DNA from: Lytechinus pictus
Lineage: Eukaryota
Assembly (NCBI RefSeq): GCF_037042905.1
Contig: NC_087247.1
Location: forward strand, 15,996,001 to 16,060,000
Length of the DNA: 64,000 nucleotides
Reading direction: 5' to 3'
Part shown: one piece after another, positions 27,530 through 41,422 of the stretch
Numbering within the stretch: the first letter of the stretch is position 1
How the letters are laid out: every line of letters starts with the position of its first letter
Notes under the pieces: generated by a model
What the model was told of the DNA's origin: nothing
Seen by the model: the letters and a program-made list of their open reading frames with translations, nothing else
The model's database searches: none
Program-made: the position numbers and the translations under genes

Positions 27530-28520
27530 ACTTATAATAGTAATAGTAATAATGATAATAATAAATAATAATGATAATACGACGTTGCTTGTATAGCTCA
27601 TATCACTGCCCATGTGCGTCTCTATATGAGTGGATTAAAGCTATTATGTACACAGTCTCAATGGGCGTTGTGGCGTGCGCCTGTAATTCAAGCTATGTGG
27701 GGAAGTTACAAATTGATGCAGAGGTTCGAGGTTCGAGCCCTGGTCACGTCTTTCAGATGGTGTCGTTAAAGGTCGGTCCAAGACGTAAATAATCATATCT
27801 GATTGATACACGTCTGAAAACTCAAATACACACACACACACTGACACACATCAATCAAAAACCGCTTAAACAAATAAGTTTTGAGGCAACTTTTGAATGC
27901 AGAGCATGTAGATGCCTCCTTAATGGAAAAAGGGACCGTATTCCAAAGTTTAGGGGCAGCATATCAAAATGATCTCTCATTTGGTCTGGACAACTGGACA
28001 CTTTAATAAGCAGGTATCTCTGTGAAGATCTTAGATTACGTGAAGGGACATATCTTATTAATTTCTCACTGAGATATTCAGGGGCCAATGAATTAAGACA
28101 TTGATAGGTAAGTAACAGTAGCTTAAAGTTTATGCGTGATTTGATCGGAAGCCATGTTACAAAGCAAATGTCACGAGAGCCTGAACAAGATTCTTTGTTT
28201 TTAGAGTCCAAACAAGAACTAATGTTTCCAAGTTTACATGTGTATATAGGGCAAACGAGGCAGATTCACACTTTCCCGAGAGACAAATTTGTTCAATGCC
28301 ATATATGCTGATCTAACATAACACCCAGATTTCTAGCCCAGACACTTGGAGCAATAGAAACATCATTTATCTTCATCAGAGGAAGTTGTAATCTTCTACG
28401 AAATCGAGATGTTATGTGTAAAACTTCTGTTCTCTCGTCATTTAGTTTGAGACTATTTAGAATTGACCATTGCTTAATCTCTTTTACACAACACTCTACC
28501 TGGGATATTGCCCTCTGCAT
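27530..28520 (-). pseudogene. L2 LINE reverse transcriptase 3' fragment with 3'UTR and (ATT)n tail
   Basis: WSILNSLKLNDERTEV...NLGVMLD and WLPIKSRINFKLLLLTYQCLNSLAPEYL...PSRNLRS motifs; internal deletion and frameshifts. Confidence 0.9.
27655..27840 (+). mobile_element. Chimeric SINE: 7SL/Alu-domain head + B-box + Deu/Nin-like core + (CA)n tail
   Basis: gggcgttgtggcgtgcgcctgtaattcaagctatgtgggga; ggttcgagccc; cgtctttcagatggtgtcgttaaaggtcggtcc; inserted in the L2 3'UTR. Confidence 0.75.
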
Positions 28521-29719
28521 AACTCAATAATGTGCAAATGAGAGAGTCGATAATGGAAGTAACTCACCTTTTCGTTTGTTTCTATTGCATTGATTATACA
28601 ATATATTAGTTTGTATAGATTTGAAAATTAGGACATTCTTGAGTAAACCACGAAATGTTAAAATAATAGCAATCCCACGTGTTCAGGGATGAAAAAACTT
28701 TGTTTCACATTGCAAGTATGAGAAAATTAGAATATTTCTTATTTCAACAATATAGATATATATATATATACAGTAATTATATATATACAAAACAAAAGAA
28801 ATATTGAGTGGGTGACATCATCGGTTCCATGAGTTGCATATACCGACCAGGATTTGCACATTATACTGCTACTGAGCGTAACTTCCATAACTTACATCCC
28901 CTTTGGAAGAAATTTTCAACGTTTAGCTGGATTATTATTTTTAAATCTTTTTATTCAAATCAACTTTTTTGTTATGTTACACTTCGCCAAAGGTAAGAAA
29001 TTATTCTTTCTTAAAATCTTTTGAGCGTTTGACTGGGACAACAGGTTAACAGAGAAAATTCGAATGAATGAATGAATGAATTATTGATTGATTGATTAAT
29101 CAAGGAATGAAGTACTCTTTCTATTTCATTTCGGTTGAGAGCATTCAAGGCAAGATTTTTCTGCCTTTCGTTTTATTTGATGGTTATACGAGTTCCTATA
29201 AAGTCAAGCAGTTATTTGTCGATATACTTTAAGACGGTTACTTACAGTACGTATACTGAACTGCTGAATGATGAGTGTTGGAGAGACGATTAAAGATGGA
29301 CTGGAGGAGGAGAATGGAAAAGAGAGAATAGGTAGGAGAGAAAGGGGAGAAAGATAGTGGGGGAAAGAAAAGCGTTGTTATATAATGTATTACTGAAGGA
29401 GGTATGCGGATAAAGAGAGTTGGTGTTGACGGAGAAGGTGAGGTGTGGGAGGGGGGGGGAGAGGGGGTAGGGGTAAATTATATAATGTATTTATTAATTG
29501 ATAATGTATAAACGTGTAGGAAGAAAAACGTGAAGAGAAACGTGTATAAGAATTTCTTTCTTCTATTTTTTGGGAACGTGTAGCTGATATGATATAGAAG
29601 GAAACATAAAAAATTGAAAAAATAACGGAGCGACAAGAACTAAATGAGCCGAACACTGCCACCCTCTTCCAGAAAAGGGAAATGCTGGACAGTATTAAGC
29701 GACAAGTTCTGTCTAGATG

Positions 29720-29810
29720 ACACAGTGGAAAAGTTTTGCTGTATATTGACGTAGATTCGAACCCGGTCACTCAATAAAGAGACATCTGCCTCACGATCGC
29801 GGCACCTTTT
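29720..29810 (-). mobile_element. Decayed tRNA-SINE head
   Basis: Minus-strand B-box gggttcgaatc; remainder degenerate. Confidence 0.35.
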
Positions 29811-31546
29811 ATACATCAAAGTATACATGTTATCATCCATCCGTCACTGCTCTTAGGCCTCCTTATCCTTACCGCCAACAAGTTCTTATACCAATCCAAT
29901 TTTAGAGGGCTAATTCATAGAGGCAAAATTTATCAGACCACCTCGATACCCGATCAATCCCTGTCCAATGCACTTTTACCATCTACTTATCAACTTATAA
30001 ATTCATAATCTATGTAATAACATATCATTAGGTGTACGCCATATTAGGAGAGCGATACTACATGTCTTGTGAATGTTATGAAGGCAACACGACCATTCTT
30101 ACCTTATAAACCTTTTTAACCTCATTTGATATGGGGAATGAATTATTTGTGGTAAGCTGCTAGGCCGGAGGCGCCTTTCAATAGATTATCAAGTTAATTC
30201 TATTAGAAATGACATCTAAACAAGTATTCGTGTCTTGTGATAATCTATCTTTGGATTATCAGATCACGACAAACTGATGAGAAAAATATGGAACGCTTTT
30301 CCTCCATAGCAATAGTCATATGAGGCTCACTGTTTGGAACTGAATACGACCTGAAAAACAAAGCACTATAAAATCATTGATCTTGGCTTAAACATACTAT
30401 TCAACATACAAAAGTGTCATTTTTTCAGTATTATAATTTTGGGAAAATTTTGTATTTTTTTTTTCACTTTTGCAAGCCCCCCCCCCCACCTTCCATCCGA
30501 AACAAAGGACGCCCCTGATCAGTGTAGCACCGTTGCCGTAAATTAAATGCCTCAACACGGTGCTAAGTCAAATAATATATTATTCATTGTTTTCACAACT
30601 CATGTAATCACATCTTTTCATTCAATTAGCATGCATTGAATATTCGTACTATTCTAACATGAAATTAAACCCAAGGTAAACATAGGTGCGGAAATGGAGT
30701 TCTTTCCCACTTTGACTAATGTGTTTGAACAGTATACATATATGTTGAGAGAACCTCAGAATTAATACGTCCTGTTCATCATGTTGGTTTTTAAAAAGCA
30801 ATAGCCTTGTTCTCCAATAGGTCATTCATGTTAGCAGAGTAAAGAATTATTCCATCCCTTTCCTATCTCTATGAAAATAACTTCAAGGTCCCAGCCGTTA
30901 ATATCAACATCGCTGAAATTGTAAAACCCTCATACTCTGTCAAAATGCGTGTCTACATTCTATAGGGCCGACATTATGAAATATTCGATTCCTGCTATTT
31001 GATATTACTTGCACGCTGTTCATATAAACTTTCATCTTTCATCACCGGGTTACTTAAAATATCAAGGTTTTTCTTACATTACAACTCGTGTCTCAACTCG
31101 TGATATAATAGTAATCTAATAAGAACGTACATAGACGGTGCAAAAAAGGAGAGAAATAGAAAATGATGGAATACGATCGGGTAAAAGAATATATCAAAGA
31201 CATGAACTTTCAAAGATATAAAGAAAATGTAAGAAAAATTGAGAGAGAAAGGAGTAGGAGAATAAACGACAAATTACGTGACGAGAGAGCAAGGACTTTA
31301 TATGCAACGATTGAACATTCAAAGGCAAAAAAAAATCTACAAGGCCTACTGAATTAACAACAATAATGCGCTTATAATTTGCTGCCAGTTGAGCACGAAC
31401 TAAGATTCCGTTCTTGAAGTTTGAAAATAAGGGACAAATAATATTTAATGGCGCTCACACACACGTTAAAAAGGTAATATATGAAAATCAATATTTTTTT
31501 TTTATTTTCACGATTCAGAAATCGCCTATAATTGTGTATAGAGATT

Positions 31547-31734
31547 CATTGGCATAATGAGCCAAACATTTTGAGGGGACAGTTGCGAGCGATCAAAATA
31601 AGAATCGACATTTTTGTTACAGAAATCAAATTTTGTGATAGATTTTGACATAATATTCAGAAAATAACATCACATTTCACCCTTTTCTCTTTTTTTTCTC
31701 GAAATATTTTTCTCCCCCCATCTTTACGCCACTG
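31547..31734. mobile_element. hAT-type MITE, family A (internally deleted)
   Basis: cattggcataatgagcc...tacgccactg; TSD tagagatt/tggacatt (6/8). Confidence 0.75.
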
Positions 31735-34051
31735 TGGACATTAATATTTGCAGAACTCTCACCGCAAAAATTGCAGTCTTCTTTTGTTTTCTCTATACAC
31801 GAAAATCTGCCGAGTTTTGTTTTGTGTTAATCGTCTTGTGAAATTTATCAATATTCATTAAAGGTATTATTATTTCACCGACTTCCAGCAGAAAACTACA
31901 TTCTTTACCAATATAATGCAGTACGTATATGCCTACTGCATGTGAATGAATCTAAAATAAACCGATTGGAATTTCACTTCATCTCGATCCATCTGACATT
32001 AACCTAATGTCAGGGAAATCTTTACAGTTTCTCTCAACCATTTTCAAAGCGAAGTATTGATCTAAGGATTGATGCTACGCTTAAATAAAATAAAATCACT
32101 TTTTCCCATTGTCAATCTCCATTAGGTCTGGTAACATCTAAGTCAAAATTTTCTTGACAATTTAATGAGTTATGTCTACCACTTGACTCTAAGCTCTGAA
32201 TTCATTCTCATTTTAATATCCCAGTGTATAAAATGAAAACAGAAATCTACTTCCCTACTGAAATGTATTTACCAATAACCAGACGTCATCTAAAAAAAAA
32301 AATCAAAATTGATTTTTTTTTAGAGAAAATGCAAACATTGAAATAATCTTTGATTTTGGGTCATTATTGAACTGACGGGTGGTCACACGAGACACAGGTA
32401 GAAATTTTCCTAAATGATTTTTGAAGTGGTGACGAAATGAAGACAATTTTTAAAATTCAATATTAAGAGAACAAGGTAGAAAGGAGAGCATTAAAAGAAA
32501 GAGATATATAGGTCGTGTAACGATAAATCATTATATTATTTATTGGGAAATTCATCTTGCTCGCTCACCCTAATATTTGCCGATATATTCATTTGTATCA
32601 CCTAAAGGAACCAGTAAAACAGGGTGTTTATAAAATTGTATTGAAAATGATTTTGAAATTAAACTCTGCAACTGGTAACATCATAAATTAAAATGTTCAT
32701 AGAACTTTACAAAAACTACACAGAATTATAAAAATAAATGAATAGATTATATCTGCCAAACGATTTTTCACGAAAGTGTATAATTACAGAGTAATGAGCA
32801 AATTAAGATAAGAAAGCTTTTAATTCCCAACTCGCTTTCGTATTTTCTTCCTGATTTTTTTAAAATGTAAGATGTGTATTCTCATCATAAATCATTCCTG
32901 GTAACTCTGACAACTGAGGATATTATTTCCCGCAATAAAACCAAGATGAATAGGAGCGCCTTAAGCATAATGTATGGTGTCTCGGAATACATCAAACAAC
33001 CAAGTAAACAACGTTCTTCAATTTCATGAAATATGCACGGTTTCCTTGAAATTATTTCATCTTCTTTAAAATATTCATGAAAGAAAGGAGCAAGCATCTG
33101 ACATTAAAAAAAAGGAGGATGTAGATCTGCCCCTATGATAAGGAAAAGTAGACTCATGATGTTTGATAAATATGGGTTCGCCCCGACTTTTACCATTTCA
33201 CTCACAAATACGATATATAAAACGTATTGTATTGATTACATTATTTGAATGTTCGAGAAATATCGATCGTTTTGAATGTAAAGAGGATTCATTTTAATGA
33301 AGTATTGAGTGGTCTCGGGTTGGATAGGGCACTTTGCTTTAATGGCTTTCTCCCAGATAAAAAAAAAATATAAATTTGAATCATGTATAATTTTAGTATG
33401 TTGTCGGAGAATATCAAATCTTCTTATTTCTGTCTGATATCAAATTTACTAATTCTTAGTTGTTTAAACTCTTAATTATCCTTATATTTATGTTCTGATA
33501 CATGTATTTTTGTGAAAGTATCTGTGAAATATTGTATGTCATGTATGTTAATCTTTGATAAATATTTTCCTAATGAGGAAGGAAATTAGAAACCATTTAA
33601 AGACAAAGGGGAACAAATAGCAGTCTGAATCACAACAAATACTGTAATTATTAGTATCGAATTACCAAATTAGTTGAATTATATCGCTATTACTTAAGCT
33701 GCATAATATGCGAAAATAACATTTTCAACGACTACTGTTACAGTAGACGTTGAAAATGGGTTTTTTTGTATGATTTTGGATTATGTCTCTGTACTGATAC
33801 AATTTATCTGCTATGTTTATTTTCCAATTGTCGGTAATATTATTTGATTTGTGTATTCACAGCTGCGATATTTTTTTAAATATTATTTTGTATGATATTT
33901 TTTATATTATGTATGTGAATTTCATTTGAAATGAATGAATAATAAAGATTACTACAAAATATAAAGTTATCGTTATCGATAGCAACCGAGATATTGTATA
34001 AATTTAGATATTTTAATTCAAATGTAGATTTTATTTCCTTGCAAGACATCA

Positions 34052-35150
34052 CTTTTACTACTTCAGAAAAAAGCTTTGCGCGTTATTTGCCATTCTCATT
34101 ATCGGGCACATACGAATGTTCTTTTTAAAACTCATGGAATTCTTAAGATACATGATCTTTACCATTATAATCTTGGATCTTTTATGTTCAACCTTAGTAA
34201 AGATGAACTACCAGACGTATTTTATTCTATGTTCACACGAAATATCAATGTACATCACTACCCTACAAGATCTGCTGGACTTTTCCATTTACCTAGAACG
34301 AGGACATTATTAACAAACAAACTGTTTATATCTTCTGGTATCAAACTTTGGAATTCACTACCGCAAACTTTACGAAATAAGCCAACTATTCATAGCTTCA
34401 ATAGAGCACTTAAAAAAAATCTAACCAATAACTATAACACTCACATCATTCATCCTACTTAGGATATCTTGTGGATCTTCTGTTCTTCCGGATTCCCCCC
34501 CTCCCCCACCCTGCCTTTATTTCGCTTCTTTTCCCGTCTNNNNNNNNNNNNNNNNNNNNNNNNNNNNNNNNNNNNNNNNNNNNNNNNNNNNNNNNNNNNN
34601 NNNNNNNNNNNNNNNNNNNNNNNNNNNNNNNNNNNNNNNNNNNNNNNNNNNNNNNNNNNNNNNNNNNNNNNNNNNNNNGTTCTTGTAATATTTCGTCTGT
34701 CTTGTTTTGATATAACTTTTTGTCATGTCTTGATCTTGTACCGTTCTGTCACGTCCTGGTTTCGTAACGTTTTGTCTTGTGTGTCCTTTTCACTTTTTCT
34801 TCATATCTTGTAAGATAATCCAGCCTTGTTTATTTTTTACTTGGGAGAATATGTAAAAAAAAAAAATACATTTAACAAGGATTTACATATAATTTTTACA
34901 AGAAAGATATGATGACTTGTTTATTGTATCTATTTTGAACTTCAACAAGAACGATATGATTAGTATATTATATATATATATTGTTTTTTGCATTAAGTCT
35001 TATTTATTGAAGGAAACCTTCAATAACAAGCTTTGCTTTCCAGAAGGTTCCTATTTCATTTCAAAATGTTATATTATATTTTGCTTTACTTTGTAACTTT
35101 GTTGAAATTTTGGAATGAATAAATTCGTTGTCAATCATCATCATCATCAC
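34052..35150 (+). pseudogene. CR1/L2-group (Crack-like) LINE ORF2 C-terminus plus 3'UTR
   Basis: LLLQKKALRVI...AHTNVLFK...HHYPTR...GIKLWNSLP; 3'UTR acaagctttgcttt motif, aataaa and (ATC)n end. Confidence 0.85.
34540..34678. other. Assembly gap (139 N)
   Basis: Run of N. Confidence 1.
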
Positions 35151-35539
35151 ATCAAAATGAATATATGATGTTTTCTTAAGCATGAGAAGGGAAAAAGAAT
35201 ACCCCAGGCATTTAATAGGCCTGAGGGAAGGTACAAAAATTTAAATTTCTAACCTTTTTTTTTTTTTTTATATAAGACCACGAAAATCCACGCTGAACAG
35301 CAGACTCAGAAAATTTCAGTTTAAAATATTACATAATATACTATTCACACAAATTAAGGAAAAGTTGAACTTTTGTCCTCAACACAGCAAGAAAATATCC
35401 AAATAATTACCTAGAAATGTTCGGCTGCTAACCTTCCTCGCAATGGCCATGCACGTGACCCGATTTGACGTAGTGACGTAGTGATCGACACTCGGAAGCT
35501 TGTATCGCCCTCCGTCCCTATTGAGAGATCAATACAAAT

Positions 35540-35830
35540 CATACACAAAAAATTATTTACATTTATCTTAAATGACAACAGATGATTTATGTTCATTTTG
35601 CATTGAAGAAAAAGAAACATATGGTAATACGCTTGTTCATGTCATATAAAGACTAATATATGGAAAGAATGTGAAAACATGCTTCCTCTCCTCTCTTTGG
35701 AATGGAAGGATAATGTTCATAGAGGAGATGCTCAATTATTCAATCACATAGTAATCTTGATAAAGTATATGATACTTAAGAATAGTAGAAACACAAAAAC
35801 ATAGACCTTTAACCAGATTAAGATTAACTT
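35540..35830 (+). pseudogene. L1/Tx1-type LINE C-terminal zinc-knuckle remnant
   Basis: YTKNYLHLS*MTTDDLCSFCIEEKET...QLFNHIVILIKYMI across frameshifts. Confidence 0.55.
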
Positions 35831-35970
35831 TCCTTAAGTTACTCTCACATTAGACAGTTATTTTTGTTGCTCTTTTCTCATTTTCAATTGTCAATACTGA
35901 ATCTACTTAAAGCCGTCACAACACATTTCCTTTTAATTCTTCTTTAAACCTATATTACATCATAATAATT

Positions 35971-38900
35971 CGTCCCTGTTTTCACGAAGTGACGGATACG
36001 AGAAAAATCGCATTTTTTTCAATTTTAAGTTTTTTGCATTTTTGGAGATCTTTAATTCATATCTCGAACCTCAACAAGTTTCAGATCACAAAAATGTCTA
36101 ATTACGTTGCTATGACAACAGTGCACACACGAAAATACCCAGATTAAGGATTTCTTGTTTTTACGAAGTGACGGATAAGCAGCCGTCAATTCGTGAAAAT
36201 AAACGAATACGCTTCATCACTCAAGAGTTTTTTCACGAAGTGACGGAAGGCAAATTTTTACAGTCTGGAACAGCCGAAGACCATGAAATGGTGAGTTTTT
36301 TTGTAAATGTAGGAAAGGAAATAAATTTAATGCAGCTCTTTAAGTCATTTCGAGTAATTTCAACCCTTTTAAACGTCTCTGATCGCAAAAATCCTTAAAT
36401 TAACGTCCAATCTTTCCATACATTGCCCCACATATTCATTTTCGTGTCAGTGAAAATTGAATGGAGTATTGCGTGTCATTTTTTTGTCCTCAATTCAACT
36501 TGAATGTTAAGTTTAGTCAAACTAAAAGGGTAAGAATATTTTTCCAACATTAATCAAGACTAAATAGATTTAATGAAGGCTGAGGATTTGGTTAAAAAAT
36601 CTACAGGGGCATTAGTTTAGGCCTAGATCTAGATTAATTTACACGAATTGCATTGCCATTGGACTCCAAAAGAGTCCAATGTTAACTCGTTATGTTCTAA
36701 CTTGTCTTCACAAGTGCCTAGTATTTGCAATAAATTTCCACAAAAAAAAATCTGAAATAAATACATAGATTATATTGTCTTCCTTACTGTAGTGTTAGTT
36801 AACTCATCATCTAAATTCAGTAGTACTTTCAAACATATGTAATGGAAAGATACCCCCCTTCCCAGGGGATGGGGGGGGGGGGATTTCTATAAATGACAGT
36901 TAGAATGCTGAGATCATGAATTAATTCAGTTAAGTTAGTGGCCAACCCATTTGTGCAAATAAGTTGAGTCCTTAGTTAAAATGAGGATTACTGGAGATTT
37001 CTGTTTTAAATAAATCATCTCGAGTCAAGAGTCAGTCTACATCTAATGTAGATAGAGCTTTATAATTTGTTGTTTGGTGGCCACTCCCTCGCCCTTATCT
37101 CTATGACATTTTACAGAAAATGAAAGAATCTACATAAATAAACTGCACCTCGGTTCTGATCATAATCATGATGAAGATATTTTCATTTCTTTTCAGATGC
37201 AGTATATAAAGTAAGCAATGTTTCAGAGGACAAATGAGAGAAGTCCTGGAACTAGTACACTCGCTATTTAACAATACAATTCCAGGTGAGAATTTTCATA
37301 GTGTTATAATCCAACATGACATCCTGTCAGTATCAGCCATCCATTCATTTGCACTCATTACCAAAATTAATTTCAATTGCAAATCTAGTAAATAATGAAG
37401 TTATAAAAATATATAGACTCAAAGTTATAATAACCAGAAAATATTAATTTGGGAATATGTTAGCATTTAGCAGATACAAGTGTATTTCTAAGTTGTAAAA
37501 GAACATTATTTCCATTTTGACAAGTGCATTGTGTACTGCCCTAGAGCATTGAAATTTGACATGTAATCATATTTTCAGCTGAAACTTTCTTATAAATTGG
37601 AAACATTTAATTGGAATATTTGCTGTAAATATCAGTGGTAAATAGAGTATATAAAATATATTCTTAATAATATTGTAGTACCATACTGACTGGGCAGGTT
37701 TTGTTTGGAAAGGGCAATTTAAAATATTGAGTCTGCTATCAATTCTACAAATTCGATATTGGATTGACAAAAAACTTTGAAAACAAACAGTTGATTTGTA
37801 TATTATTTCATTCTACATACTTAGGTTGGATCCAGGAGCCAACATGCTTGTCAGGTGGGTCATTGATAATTCCCTGAGCACCGCAGATGTGATCTGATTT
37901 GGTGACATGACAGTTGAATTGGTAGTGACTGGATTTTAACAGTGTGCCCTGGTTTGGAATTGTTGAAGTAACCAAACTAGAAACATCTTCTGAGAACTCT
38001 GACTGCGATTCTGATGATGAAACTCTGTCTACACTTGTGAAAAGTATGAAGGAATTGGCTCTGCCTCATGGCCTTTTAAGGCTCTCACTTAACTTTTTCT
38101 TTAGTTTCCAGCTGGGTAACTGATGCCAGTTTTAACTTTCTTGTGATTTTGACTTCAACATAAGTTTAGTTTTAGAGCAGTGTATTATATAAAGAAACCA
38201 TGTTGCTTGAACTAGTCTGTGCTCTTACAGTGATATAATTATGAACTCCTTCAAATATGTTTTATATAAACAGTCAAATATAAAGTTCAGAATAGTCATT
38301 TATCTGCTATCCTTACCACATGTTTAAATTGCTTATAAATACACATCGTCCGCATATGGATGCAGAAGAATTACCCTTCTTTATTCATTTTGTTTGGCAT
38401 GTTTTCATTTTGCTTGGTGCCATCTAAAAAAAAAAATCCTGCATATGTCTACATTTTTGTAAAACAGAATGTTACTAGCTTTATTGTGCTTAAATGTATT
38501 GTATTAATACTTCATACTTTCTTATAATAGCATAACCATACAATTTAGACTGACATGCATTGTGAAACTCGATTGTTACAGGATATATTACTAGTAAGGG
38601 TGAAAATCATATTAAGTTTTCATGAATTCATTTTCAAAAGCCAGATGTGTTAATACAGACCCCCCCCCCTTCCATGAGGTAATTTTTTTTGGTCTATCAG
38701 GGGTGTGAGAATTCTTAAGCTGATTTCTGCTATTTTTGTTTTTTATTTTCAGCTTGATATCCCTTTTTGTGTACAATAGTTTGAGAGCTCATTCAATTTC
38801 ATCCCCTAAAACTCTTCAGCATTTTCAGCTCTTTATCTTTTATTCACACCTGGTTTATGCAGTTTTACAGTTGATGTGTCATCATTTTATTCTAGAATTT

Positions 38901-41422
38901 TCTAATGAATGATATTCAGGAAATAAATAATACATGATTATTTTTAGCAGACATTTTACATTAGCTTGAGGTTAAAGAAAGATTGCAGCACATGTTTTTC
39001 TGTATATTTGTAGTAAGAATTTAACTCATTTCTACATGATCCCACTAATTCAAAGATGTTACTTGCTAAAATCGTGACAATTTATTGTAAAGTTTTCAGA
39101 GTTGGAAGTTGGAACTAAGGTGTATTTTACTGTATCTTTCTGTTTTTGGACTCGGGCCATAATTTGCTATTAAAAAAACAAGTGTTTGATTGGAAAAAGT
39201 ATTGATGAGTGTATTTAGCCAATAACTTGAGAATGATGGAAAAAATACAAATCTACTTAGTCATTCGTATTTTTATTACTGCATTTTTTTGTTGCTTTTG
39301 ACGCTGTCGTTCGGGATTTTGATTATAAATTTGTTAATAAATGATCCTGTTTTATATGAAGTTAAATAATTGATTTAAAATTATATTTCCATGTTTGAGT
39401 TTCATTAGTTGATACATGTAATTGTTTATTCAAAGGTTTACATGTTTCCTTTGGTAAAGATTATCTTTTAGCACAAGTAGACTTTTTAGTACTTGACAGT
39501 GTGTAAAAAGATGAAATAACTCTCAAGGCAACTGTGTCGACTGATTTAATTATGACATTCTTAAAAAAAAAGTGCAGTGAATGTAATAAGTAATAGTGAT
39601 TATGTTACTTCTATTTTGATGGAAAAGAAATATACCATTTTACTTGAATATGTGTATGTCAATACAAATAGACATAGAGAATACAACTTTCCTGCACCAC
39701 TAGCATTGATTATATTCCAGTATTCTTGTGATGGAAAATTTATTCATTTGACATTGGAATGTTTTGAATGTAGAGTAACTTGGTACTAGTTAGCAATTCT
39801 GTATTTCAAAATGTGGCATTCACAGACTAGGATTGCTGATTGTGTTAAGCATATAAAATGACAAAATTCTGTCAATGTGTACCTGATAATTCACTTCTTA
39901 TGCATTTCACAGTGCAATATTAGATTCATTATAATAATTATGAATGTCGTTGTGTTTGTCACTAGCGATTATGGTCTGATATATTATTGAATTAAAAATA
40001 TATTTCCATTGTTAACATTGTATGGAATTGATATTTTAATGAATTTATTAAGCATAACCATTATCATAATGATTGACATGAAAAAAAGTTATATTTTACT
40101 TGTCTATTTGTCACTTGCTGCTATGGTTTCATATGTTATAAAATTAAAAGAGTTCTTCTAAATTTATTTACATTGCTAACTTTGTGGAATTTATTTTATA
40201 TAGTTAGTATTTTCAATGATTTATGACAAGTCATAACTCTTATTTTGCATGATAAAGGTATTTTAATATGATGTTCAGGAGAGAATACATGACTATTTTG
40301 ATAAGGGAAAACTTGAGTAGAGAGAGAAAGAAAGGGAGCAAGAGTGGTTGTACTCGAAATTTGCTCGCTTTATTTTGACAAATTCTTATTCTCCTCATTT
40401 TTTGTTGTTGGGGGGGGGGGGTGACAATCAGTCATAATTTACCAATTCTTGTTGCCGTTTTGACAAGTTAGTTCCACATTTAGTTTTGTACCATTTTCGA
40501 GGTAATTAAGTCTCAAAGAATAATTTTGAATAGCTAACTCGGCCTTAACAGAGAATACCTTTAACATTATAAACAACACTTAAGAAAAACTTAATTGGGA
40601 TTTCATATTTTCAGGGGGTAGGGAGGTTAGTAAACTGACAAATATTTGTAATGTCGCATTATCTACTCCAACGGAGTCAGTGCTTAATAGTCCTTTCTCA
40701 AACATAGAATTACAAAGACGAAATGTGTTGTATCTCTTGTAGTCATTTTATTCATATCCTGTTAGGAATTTTCCTTATATCAGAGTTCATCTCTCAAAAA
40801 TGAAGATAATATTGAAATGAAATAGGCATAAGTATAACACGTGTGTTAATTGGTCTTCCTGTTATTACTTGAAAAATGAAATCAAAGTATTTAAAGTGAT
40901 TTTTTTTATTAAAAGAAGTAAATGTAGGCCTAATTGATCTGACATTTGGAATTGATTTTTCTTACAATAGCAAATAAAGAAATTATGTATATCTAGACCC
41001 TATTTATCGAATTGCATCGACAAGGCTATACGTGGGACTAAGGCGAAGCTTCTTCCCGTCACTTCGTAAAAACAAAATTGAAGCGCGTCCTTGAATTTCG
41101 GATTTTCACGAAGTGACGGTTATGCGCGCGGAGCACTATCCGTCACTTCGTGAAAATAAATCTAAGCGCGTACCGTAATATATTTTTTTCACGAAAATAT
41201 GGTTCTGCTTACAGCTCATTATCTTCTTAAATATTTAAGTAAAATGCAAATGATTGGACTTGAATATTGTCCAGAATATGCCCAATACGAGGATATGACA
41301 TTTATCCACCCTGCATACGTGGAAGACGTTGAGATTGAGGTCTAAACCTTTGAACGCGATTTACTCAAAACTAACTTTTTAAAAGTTGTGCGCTCATCCG
41401 TCACTTCGTGAAATAAGGGACG
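35971..41422. mobile_element. 5.45-kb non-autonomous DNA transposon, Sola1-like
   Basis: TIRs cgtccctgttttcacgaagtgacggat / atccgtcacttcgtgaaataagggacg; AATT on both sides; sub-terminal acgaagtgacgg repeats at both ends. The superfamily is inferred from the AWWT TSD. Confidence 0.8.

Larger units (their letters stand above)
27386..28990 (+). mobile_element. Old K1 Kolobok-type MITE split by an L2 insertion
   Basis: 27386-27530 matches the K1 5' part; 28521-28990 resumes at aactca...gcaaatgagagagtcgat. Confidence 0.7.

Noticed and set aside
27655-27840. Functional 7SL gene or human Alu contamination
   Set aside because: Only the 5' ~45 nt is 7SL-like, with no S domain or Alu body or poly-A, and it is integrated in a native L2 copy.
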